A DNA stretch of 63,732 bases, filler included, from Octopus bimaculoides (lineage: Eukaryota), in NCBI RefSeq assembly GCF_001194135.2. It is 8 parts of 8 records of this genome, joined end to end, with 100 filler letters (N's around TTAATTAATTAA, not from the genome) between each part and the next. Parts side by side here need not be neighbours in the genome. Positions count along the whole stretch, not along the records: positions 39,664 to 54,030 come from NW_026434105.1; 7 more parts are not named here. One strand, given 5' to 3'. Of the stretch, positions 39,894 to 51,300 are shown piece by piece. Each line of letters starts with the position of its first letter. Position 1 is the stretch's first letter. Under the pieces are notes generated by a model. The model did no database searches, was not told the origin of the DNA, and saw nothing but the letters and a program-made list of their open reading frames with translations. The position numbers and the translations under genes are program-made.

Positions 39894-40083
39894 CAGTAAT
39901 CCCTCAACTATTGCAGGTGTTATGTTCCATGACCCCTTGCGATAGGTGAAAATCCTTGAAGTAGAAACAGTACAATACTGTATATTTTTTAAAATCATTT
40001 TTATAATTTGTATATATTTATTTTATTATAAATGCAAAACAACTCCATGGAGGAATCAACGTAAGCTTAATAAACCATGATAA
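39894..40083 (+). mobile_element. Tigger-like element left end
   Basis: TA|CAGTAATCCCTCAACTATTGCAGG TIR-like start; runs into a gap. Confidence 0.5.
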
Positions 40084-40265
40084 NNNNNNNNNNNNNNNNN
40101 NNNNNNNNNNNNNNNNNNNNNNNNNNNNNNNNNNNNNNNNNNNNNNNNNNNNNNNNNNNNNNNNNNNNNNNNNNNNNNNNNNNNNNNNNNNNNNNNNNNN
40201 NNNNNNNNNNNNNNNNNNNNNNNNNNNNNNNNNNNNNNNNNNNNNNNNNNNNNNNNNNNNNNNNN

Positions 40266-40740
40266 CAAGTGAAATCGAAATCGAGTTAAATTTGACGACT
40301 GGCACCCATGCCAACGTCGTCTCCCTCATTGGACACGAAATTCAGCTTGCGAAGACTTATTGGGGCAAGCAAAAGCGAAATTGTGCTGGCACCTGTGCCC
40401 AGCGTCGCCTTTCTGGCACTTGTGCCCGTGACATGTGTAAGGACTTTCGAGCGAGATCGTTGCCAGTGCCCCTGGACTGGCTCTTGTGCGGGTGGCACAT
40501 AAAATACACCATTTTGAGCGTGGCCGTTGCCAGTACCGCCTGACTGGCCTTCGTGCGGGTGACACGTAAAAGCAACCACTACACTCTCGGAGTGGTTGGC
40601 GTTAGGAAGGGCATCCAGCTGTAGAAACTCTACCAAATCAGATTGGAGCCTGGTGTAGCCATCTGGTTTCACCAGTCCCCAGTCAAATCGTCCAACCCAT
40701 GCTAGCATGGAAAGCGGACGTTAAACGACGATGATGATGG
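40266..40740 (+). mobile_element. SINE family D (GGTTGGCGTTAGGAAGGGCATCCAGCTG domain, (GAT)n tail)
   Basis: Other copies: 43080-43790, 46797-46920 (-), 46957-47335 (-), 48362-48550 (-), 50760-50930, 51643-51845 (-), 55030-55240 (-), 63560-63732. Confidence 0.88.
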
Positions 40741-41594
40741 CGATGGATTACTGTAATAGGCCCGTCCCTCAACTACGGTATTTGTTAGATAAACTAATGG
40801 ACAGAATCCCTTCCACCCAAATTCAGAAGAATAACAGTAACAGGCCTATGTCTCAACTACCACGTTTGTTCATTGCAGGTAAATTAATGGACAGAATCTC
40901 AAAATTTCAGGAGAATACAATAATATACCTATTTCTTAACTACTGTAGTTGTTCACCTAAATTGTTACTTTTTTCCGTCACTTTCACCGCCACCATTCTC
41001 ATGAGAGTGTAGCGGCGCGAAATTATAGCCGCCATTGAGGAAGTACTATTCTGCACATGCGCAGGGGACTTCACCACTGGAAGCCCCTCGAGTTGCGCAT
41101 GCGTAGTAAAACTGGTACTTAAAGAGTGAGTTTCATTTTGTCAGCCAGTTGAGGACAGACCTTCTACGTGACAACCCGTCGCTCCTCAACGAAGCACTCT
41201 ACACCAAGATGCCTTCCGATGGTGATAGCTACTTGCTTCTCTGGCAGGCATCAAGGAAGCCCTTAACCTTCCAATACCAAATTACAACCTAAACAGCGGC
41301 TGCTAAGCTGAATGACAGGAATTGTGAAACCAAGCATCATCAAGAAGAAATAAAACTTAATTTTATTATGTTGCTAAATTGTTCTAATGTCTCTTCGTAT
41401 ATATAATGCTGTTGAAAGGTGATAGAGAGAGACTAAAGTCTCCATGACAACTATCAAACCATTTACAAGAGAATCTTTTTACACGGCACCAGCTCAGTTG
41501 TTTTGTACATGAAAACAAAAAAAGAAATTCTGAAATCATCTCAGCTTATTACAGCTGTATTTAATAAAGGACTTTTGTGTCTTTTTTATTCCAG

Positions 41595-41769
41595 CAAGTC
41601 GTCGACATGATGTTACGTATGAGGCGAGAACAGGGGGGTCGTGAACCCCAACTCACCCCCCAGATCGATAATCTACTCATCATTGACCGCAATGTCGATC
41701 TGCTTACACCGATGCTCTCACAGCTTACCTACGAGGGACTCATTGACGAGATTTTCGGCATTAATTGCA
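41595..41769 (+). CDS. VPS33A: VPS33A exon (first visible)
   Basis: ccag|[12 protein letters not shown]...[28 protein letters not shown]|gtaatt. Confidence 0.95.
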
Positions 41770-42550
41770 GTAATTAAATTTCTTTGATTTTATTTTTCTT
41801 TCTTTGTGTGTGTGTGTGTGTGTGTGCGTTTTATTTACTCTTTACTCTCTTTTACTTGTTTCAATCATTTGACTGCGGCCATGCTGGAGCACCAACCTTT
41901 TAGTCGAGTAAATCGACCCCGGGACTTATTCTTTGTAAGCCTGGTACTTATTCTATCGATCTCTTTTGCCGAACCACTAATTTACGGGGACATAAACACA
42001 CCACCATTGGTTGTCAAGCAATGCTAGGGGGACAAACACAAACACACACACACACACACACACATATACATATATATACGACGGGCTTCTTTCAGTTTCC
42101 GTCTACCAAATCCACTCACAAGGCTTTGGTCGGCCCGAGGCTATAGTAGAAGACACTTGCCCAAGATGTCACGTAGTGGGACTGAACCTGGAACCATGTG
42201 GTTGGTAAGCAAGCTACTTACCACACAGCCACTCCTGCGCCTATATTGTCTTTTATCTTTCAATTATTTCAGTCATCGAACTGTGGCCATGCTGGGGCAA
42301 CATCTTCAAGGGTTTTAGTCGAACAAATCGACCCCAGGACTTATTTTTAATTCTTAAGATCCATACTTATTCTGTTGGTCTCTTTTGCCAAACTTCTAAG
42401 TTATAGGACATAAACAAACCAACACCGGTTGTCATGTGTTTGTTTTAAAATTTGAGATCACATAGACAGTATTTTACGTAGGATATGGGCAGTTCCCATG
42501 AGCACTATCTTTTGAACTTCAGCCATTTTGGGGTTTCCTGGTATCTGAGC

Positions 42551-42590
<40 letters not shown>

Positions 42591-45500
42591 ATTTTTTTTT
42601 TTTTTTTTCAGCAAATGTAAAACTTCCTGCTGAGAAGTTCATGACCAAAGAACAACTGAAAGACCACACCAGTGACGTACCTCTGGAACCAAAGAAAATA
42701 GTCCTCGACTCTTCGGACGAACACTTTGCCGATCTTCGAGACAAGAATATTGACGCCATCAACTCGCTCGTCTGCAAGAAATTAAAACTTCTCTCTGCTC
42801 AATTCGATGTAAGTTTGGGCATGAAGTTCCATCTCTTGGGGATCACGAATTAACCTCCATCATCATCATTATCATCGGGTAACAAAAGCTATGTTCTAAG
42901 GACCCTCTCCTGACATTTGAGGGAGTCTATTCTCTGTACATAATTAATGTTTATTGTGCCCACACGTCTGCCATACACAATGACTACTTTTCCTGTTAAC
43001 CTTTCTGTGACACCACTGCTCCTCTTTTGGGTTCATAGCCTGCACTGAGTTCAAAGTATGGAGTTTCTACCAACGCCTTGCCTACATCTCAACAGGGCCA
43101 TTTCACCTGAAGGGATTTCTGCTGGTGCCACATAGAAAGCACCTGTGCTGGTGTTACATCAAAGGCACTGGTGATGGTGCCACGTAAAAAGCACCGGTGA
43201 TGGTGACATGTAAAAAACACCGGTGATGGTGCCACATAAAAAGCACTGGTGATGGTGCCACGTAAAACGCACTGGTGATGGTGCCACATAAAAGGCACTG
43301 GTGATGGTGCTACATAAAAGGCACTGGTGATGGTGCCACGTAAAACGCACTGGTGATGGTGCCACGTAAAAAACACCGGTGATGGCGCCACATAAAACAC
43401 ACTGGTGATGGTGCCACGTAAAAAACACTGGTGATGGCGCCACATAAAACTCACTGGTGATGGTGCCACGTAAAAAGCACTGGTGATGGTGCTACATAAA
43501 AGGCACTGGTGATGGTGCCACGTAAAAAGCACTGGTGATGGTGCTACATCAAAGGCACTGGTGATGGTGCCATGTAAAAAGCATTGGTGCTGGGGCCACA
43601 TCAAAAGCACCTGTGTTGATGCCATGTCAAAAGCACCCAGTACACTCTGCAAAGCAGTTGACGTTAGGAAGGGCGTCCAGCTGTAGAAGCGATGCCAAAC
43701 CAGACACTGGGGCCTGGTGCAGTTCCCCAGCTTGCCGGTTCCTTTCAAGCCATCCAACCCATGCCAGCATTAAAAACACATTAAATGATGGTGGTGGTGG
43801 TGGTGGTGGTGATGGTGTTGACGACGACGACGATGATGATGATGATGAGTGCTAGTGAAGTTGCCATGCGGCTCACAGGACTAAAAACCTCCAAAGGAAT
43901 GAGTAGCAGTTTTATGCTGGGAGTTGAAGAGGTTTGTGATGGTAAAATGAGAATGTAATTAGGTTTATAACAGACCATCTTCCATCGTTTGCTTACCATT
44001 TGTATCTGCTGTTCTTTCTTCAGGAGCGCCATGCTGCCAACACTTTGGACAAACTGAAACAATTTGTGTCCAAGCTGCCACATTTGACTGCTGTACGACA
44101 GGCTGTTGCCAACCGTGAGTGTTTCCTTTTGTGTTAATTAGTTTAACCCCTTAGCATTTAACCTGGCCATATCTAGCTGTGTAGGGACCAACATGTCAAC
44201 AAATAGACCCAGTGTTTCCTCTGCATGTTATAAAAGTTGTCTTAAAAGAAATTGAGGTAGGTTTTGCCTTCTGGCCTTGTAAAACCCCCCATAGCAACAG
44301 CTACCCAAAACGGATCCATTTGACCCTTTCGATACCAACCCAGCTGAAACCACCTCTGGCTCTGTAGTACAAATGTCTTGTTTTCATAAGTTTTGAATTA
44401 AAATCTTCCACCAAACCTTAGTCACGATTTATGTTCCTAACACCAGCTTAATGATAACTAAGTTATTTTACCAAATTCTTTGTTATATTTAAAATTAATT
44501 GAAAAAAACACAGAGCATCTCAACAGAAATATGGTAACAAAAGGGTTAAAGTCACCATGATATTCTTAACCCTTTTGATACCAACCTGGTTGAAACTGCT
44601 TTTGGCTCTGTCTGTAGTACAAATGTCTTGTTTTCATAAGTTCTGAATTAAAATCTTCCACCAAACCTTAGTCACAATTTTTGTTCCTAACACTAGCTGA
44701 ACGATAACTAAGTTATTTTACTAAGTTCTTTGTTATATTTAAAATTAATTGAAAGAAACACAGAACATCTCAACAGAAATATGTTAACAAAAGGGTTAAA
44801 ATATATAATAGACAAACAATTTTTAACCCTTTTGATACCAACCTGGTTGAAACCACCTCTGGCTCTCTGTAGTACAAATGTCTTGTTTTCAAAAGTTCTG
44901 AATTAAAATCTCCCACCAAACCTTAGTCACAATTTATGTTCCTAATACTAGTTTAATGATTATTTAGTTATTTTACTAAATTCTTTGTTATATACTTTAT
45001 TGTTACTGCACGGTTATAGCGTAAAAGAAGTATTGTCATAACAACTGGCGACACAGCATTTCCTATTTGTTATATTTCCAGATCTTTCTATTGTGGAACT
45101 GATTAAGTCTGCAATTAGCACTGATGACTTCATCGACTGCCACAGAACGGAAAATGGTAAGATGTCTTCTGTCTAGTTCCTTTATTCTTTTAATTCTTTT
45201 ACTTGTTTCAGTCATTTCACTGCGGCCATGCTGGAGCATCGCCTTTCAGTCGAACAAATCGACTGCAGGACTTATTCTTTGTAAGCCTAGTACTTATTAT
45301 TCTATTGGTCTCTTTTTGTCGAACTGCTAGGTTGCAGGGACNNNNNNNNNNNNNNNNNNNNNNNNNNNNNNNNNNNNNNNNNNNNNNNNNNNNNNNNNNN
45401 NNNNNNNNNNNNNNNNNNNNNNNNNNNNNNNNNNNNNNNNNNNNNNNNNNNNNNNNNNNNNNNNNNNNNNNNNNNNNNNNNNNNNNNNNNNNNNNNNNNN

Positions 45501-47826
45501 NNNNNNNNNNNNNNNNNNNNNNNNNNNNNNNNNNNNNNNNNNNNNNNNNNNNNNNNNNNNNNNNNNNNNNNNNNNNNNNNNNNNNNNNNNNNNNNNNNNN
45601 NTATTGTGGAACTGATTAAGTCTGCAATTAGCACTGATGACTTCATCGACTGCCACAGAACGGAAAATGGTAAGATGTCTTCTGTCTAGTTCCTTTATTC
45701 TTTTAATTCTTTTACTTGTTTCAGTCATTTGATTGTGGCCATGCTGAAGCACTGCCTTTAGTCACGCAAATCGACCCCAGGACTTATTCTTTGGAAGCCT
45801 AGTACTTATTCTATCGGTCTCTTTTGGCCGAACCGTTAAGTTACGGGACCTAAACACACCAGCATCGGTTGTCAAGCGATGTTAGGGGTACAAACACACA
45901 ATCATATACACACACATACATATATATATACATATACATATATACAACGGGCTTCTTTCAGTTTCCGTCTACCAAATCCACTCACAAGGCTTTGGTCGGC
46001 CCGAGGCTATAGTAGAAGACACTTGTCCAAGGTGCCATGCAGTGAGACTGAACCCAGAACCATGTGGTTCGTAAGCAAGCTACTTACCACACAGCCACTC
46101 CTACGCTTTGTTTATTATGTTAAAATATGTATTAGGAGATGCATGAATGCCACAACACCATCTGTCTTATTATCTCTGTATGTTAATGTTACTGTAGATT
46201 TTATCAATGGCATGGATACAGACAAACCAAACCCCTTCATTGAGGACTGCATTGCCAGGGAAGTACCATTACTCAAGGTAAACTATCTCTCTTTATACCA
46301 CTATCTCTCTCTCTCTCTCCTCTTCTCTTTCTTCCCTTTCTTTCTCTCTCTCCATGTGTTTATATATATATATAGAGAGAGAGAGAGAAAGTGATATTTG
46401 GAAACTATTTAATATGCATGTTTCAGGTTTGCACGATATATAATAGAAAATGCAGCGAGCTGGCAGAATCGTTAGCACACCAGGCGAAATGCTTAACGCT
46501 ATTTCGCCTACCGTTACGTTCTGAGTTCAAATTCCTCCAAGGTCGACTTTGCCTTTCATCCTTTCGGGGTCAATTGAATAAGTACCAGTTACGCACTGGG
46601 GTCGATGTAATCGACTTAGTCCCTTTGTCTGTCCTTGTTTGTCCCCTCTATGTTTAGCCCCTTGTGGGCAATAAAGAATTAATATAATAGAAAATGCATC
46701 AATTATGCAAACTTTCCTCAGTTAAAGCAATTCAAAATTCTGGTACTATGCACTGCTTCTTAGCATAACATGAAATGTGTATATATATATATATATATCA
46801 TCATTTGATGTCCGCTTCCCATGCTGGCATGGGTTGGACAATTTGACAGGATCTGGCTAGGCAGAAGATTGCACCAGGCTTCAGTGTCTCTTTTGGCATG
46901 GCTTTTACAGCTGGATACCATAAAAACCATGATATAGATATAGGTATATACTCAACATCATCATCATCATCATCATACGTCCGCTTTCCATGGGTTGGAC
47001 GATTTGACTGAGGACTGGTGAAACCAGATGGCTACAACAGGCTCCAATCTGATTTGGCAGAGTTTCTACAGCTGGATGCCCTTCCTAACGCCAACCACTC
47101 AGAGAGTGTAGTGGGTGCTTTTACGTGTCACCCGCACGAAGGCCAGTCAGGCGGTACTGGCAATGGCCACACTCAAAATGGTGTCTTTTATGTGTCACCC
47201 GCACAAGAGCCAGTCCAGGGGCACTGGCAATGATCTCGCTGAAAAATCCTACGAAGGCCAGTCAGGCGGCCTTCGTAGGATTTTTGAGCGAGATCGTTGC
47301 CAGTGCCCCTGGACTGGCTCTTGTGCAGGTGGCAGCAGACCCAAAAGTACTGCCCAGGGCAGACCGCCCCTACCTAACCTCTCTTTAGCCCCAGCATTAC
47401 ATCACACTCCTGCTGTTCTGCTTCGCTGACTGCTATACCCTCTTGTTCCCACCCATCTCTTCTATTGCCACCCTGCTCCCCACTACAGTGTCTTGTTCTG
47501 CTCCACCCCCCCAGGTACTCCGGCTCATATGTATCCAGGTGTACTGCAACAATGGACTGAAACAGAAGGTGTTGGACTTCTACAAACGAGAGATTATCCA
47601 GGTAAGTGTCATGTCTGGTCGTCAGAGATGGATAGGTGGATAGACGTAAACACACCAGCATTTGTTGTCAAGTGATGTTGGAGAGATAACCACACACATA
47701 CAAGGATATCCAGAGGATATCCTTGTTGCTTATTTTGATTTTTAATCACCTTACTTTGAAATTGTATGGATAATACTGTACTAAATTTTGGTGCCTCAAC
47801 TTCAGTACCATATTCATCTGAATCTA

Positions 47827-47869
<43 letters not shown>

Positions 47870-47924
47870 ATATATATATATANNNNNNNNNNNNNNNNNN
47901 NNNNNNNNNGATATATATATATTG

Positions 47925-47974
<50 letters not shown>

Positions 47975-48359
47975 TAGAGAAAAGGATAAAGAGAACAATG
48001 GTAAAGTTAGATATATATTTTATGGATAAAATATATTTCTAACTTTACCATTGTTCTCTTTATCCTTTTCTCTATTTATACATACACACGCTAATACACG
48101 ACTTATAGTCACCAATCCTGTTTATACAACGATTGGGGCATAACTAGCCGGTATACAGCACTTACTCGGTATTACCTGTATCTTTGGGTTTGATTAAATC
48201 CAATACCCTCCTTAATCATATGTATATATATGTATGTATATAGTTGCCATATTTTATTCCATATTGGCTACCTCTGATGAGCGTAGGGTTACATAATCAG
48301 ATTGTTACCTCACACTCCATTGAATTCCTAGTGCAAAACCGATCGTTAAAATCAGCCAT

Positions 48360-48393
<34 letters not shown>

Positions 48394-51300
48394 GTTTAAC
48401 GTCCGCTTTCCATGCTAGCATGGGTTGGACGATTTGACTGAGGACTGGTGCAACCGGATGGCTACACCAGGCTCCAATCTAATTTGGCAGAGTTTCTACA
48501 GCTGGATGCCCTTCCTAACGCCAACCACTCAGAGAGTGTAGTGGGTGCTTATATAATACTGTACACTTCGGATATTATATACAGGGTGATGCAAAACTAG
48601 GCATACAGTTATATAAAAAAAAAGAAAGTTACATTGAAAGTATTATTATAGTTATGATAAATATATTATTATGATTAAAGACAAAAAAAATATCAGAAAT
48701 GAGGCTAACTAATTTAATGTGGTAATTATTTTTAACGAATTAAGTATTATAACATTGATGTGATACTTACTGTATACCTTTTGCACCGGAGGCGCAATGG
48801 CCCAGTGGTTAGGGCAGCGGGCTCGCGGTCATAGGATCGCGGTTTCGATTCCCAGACCGGGCGTTGTGAGTGTTTATTGAGCGAAAAACACCTAGAGCTC
48901 CACGAGGCTCCGGCAGGGGATGGTGGCGGAACCCTGCTGTACTCTTTCACCACAACTTTCTCTCACTCTTACTTCCTGTTTCTGTTGTACCTGTAATTCA
49001 AAGGGGTCAGCCTTGTCACACTCTGTGTCACGCTGAATATCCCCCCCCCCCNNNNNNNNNNNNNNNNNNNNNNNNNNNNNNNNNNNNNNNNNNNNNNNNN
49101 NNNNNNNNNNNNNNNNNNNNNNNNNNNNNNNNNNNNNNNNNNNNNNNNNNCCGGAGGCGCAATGGCCCAGTGGTTAGGGCAGCGGGCTCGCGGTCATAGG
49201 ATCGCGGTTTCGATTCCCAGACCGGGCGTTGTGAGTGTTTATTGAGCGAAAAACACCTAGAGCTCCACGAGGCTCCGGCAGGGGATGGTGGCGGAACCCT
49301 GCTGTACTCTTTCACCACAACTTTCTCTCACTCTTACTTCCTGTTTCTGTTGTACCTGTAATTCAAAGGGGTCAGCCTTGTCACACTCTGTGTCACGCTG
49401 AATATCCCCCCCCCCCGAGAACTACGTTAAGAGTACACGTGTCTGTGGAGTGCTCAACCACTTGCACGTTAATTTCACGAGCAGCAGGCTGTACCCGTTG
49501 ATCGGATCAACTGGAACCCTCGCCGTCGTAAGCTACGGAGTGCCAGCAACAACAACATTTTTCACTTCTCCTGTATATCATCATCATCACCACACACATA
49601 CGCACACACACTCACTCACTCAGGTGTACCATTCTCTTCCTTTGTTGCAGACATATGGTTTCCAGCATCTGGTGACTTTGACGAATCTGGAGAAGATCGG
49701 TCTCCTCCGTACTCAGGGACAGAAGACGTACCTTACAATCAGGAAATCCCTGCGATTGATTGTTGATGACGTTAACGAACAGGTAAGGTGACATAGTGTG
49801 GAAAGCACAGAGAAGGTGGTGGTGGTGGGGGGTGATGTCACACTGAGGGGAGTTGGGTGGCACAACATGGGCTGGAGTAAGGTGGGACAGCATGATGAGA
49901 TGAGGTGGCACTGTATTTTGGGTGTATGAGACTGCACAGCACGGGGCATTGAGACTGGACAGTATGGCAAGTGGAGTATGGTGGCACATCATGGTAGGAG
50001 GGGTGAGGTGGCAAATTCTGCTATGGTTGACTTTGCCTTTCATCCTTTCGGGGTTGATTAAATAAATACCAATTAGGCACTGGGGTTGATGTAATCGACT
50101 TAATCCCTTTGTCTGTCCCTGTTTGTCTCCTCTATGTTTAGCACCTAGAAAGTTCCCCTCCAAGGCACAAGTCTTGGCAAGGTTGTTTATAGAAAACCAG
50201 CAGTCACCCATGCATACCAACCTCCCCTCTCCGTGCCACCGATGTTATCCAAGGGAAAGGCAAAGGGGCTGATACAGCTTGGCACCAGTGACATCGCAAC
50301 TCATTTCTACAGCTGAGTGAACTGGAGCAACGTAAAAATAAAGTCTCTTGCTCAAGAATACAATCAATTGCTCAGTCCAGGATTTGAAACCACAATCTTA
50401 CAATTTCAAGTCCAACACCCTCACCACTAAGCCATGTGCTTCTTTCACACATCCTTGCCAGCACCTATATTAGAAGTAACACCCAAATCCTTTCTCAGTT
50501 CACATCCTTGCCCTGTATCTATCCCTGTTCTCATCTACCATTTCAGAACCCCACCGATATAGCCCATGTCTACAGCGGCTATGCTCCTCTCAGCATACGA
50601 TTGGCCCAGCATTTAGCCCAGCCTGGTTGGCGGAGTATCACAGAGGTCCTTAAGTTACTCCCTGGAAGTACAGTGGAGGAAGTTCAACAGATCCCTGTGG
50701 CCCTACGTAAGAGACGTGAGTATAACACTTCCACTTCATAATGTCTTTGTCTGTATATCTTTGCATGTATGTGAGTGCAAATGGGTGTAACCGATGCCAG
50801 TGTCGCATACCTGGCACTTGTGCCGTATACCTAGCACCTGTGCTGGTGGCATGTAAAAGGCACCTTTCAAACTTTGGGCCTCACAGAGGCAGTGACACGT
50901 GACTGAGTCCTTTGGCAATATACCATGAAGGCTGTGAGCTGGCAGAAACGTTAGCACGCCGGGCGAAATGCTTAGCGGTATTTCGTCTGCCGTTACATTC
51001 CGAGTTCAAATTCGACTTTGCCTTTCATCCTTTATATGACAGGCTTCTCTCAGTTTCTGTCTACCAGATCCACTCACAAGGCTTTGGTCAGCCCGAGGCT
51101 ATAGAAGAAGACACTTTCTCAAGGTACCATGCAGTGGGACTAAACCCAGAACCATGTGGTTGGGAAGCAAGCTTCCTACCACACAGCCACACTTGAATGA
51201 GTTAATTGCATAATATCCATAGACGCAGTTGATTGGTCATGCTTGGGAATCCAGCCAGAAGGTATAATGATGGCTGTTTCTAATAGGATCCTAGGACCCT

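Noticed and set aside
41308-41340. CTGAATGA...GAAAC hammerhead candidate
   Set aside because: Helix II is marginal; no GUH triplet and no helix I.
43139-43632. CRISPR-like array of partly palindromic 26-bp repeats and 222-aa / 94-aa ORFs
   Set aside because: Units are contiguous with no unique spacers, no cas genes, eukaryotic SINE context; the ORFs are stop-free by-products of the repeat.
48787-49410. Tandem SINE dimer
   Set aside because: Identical sequence on both sides of a 99-N gap, both ending at the same poly-C; most simply an unmerged contig overlap.
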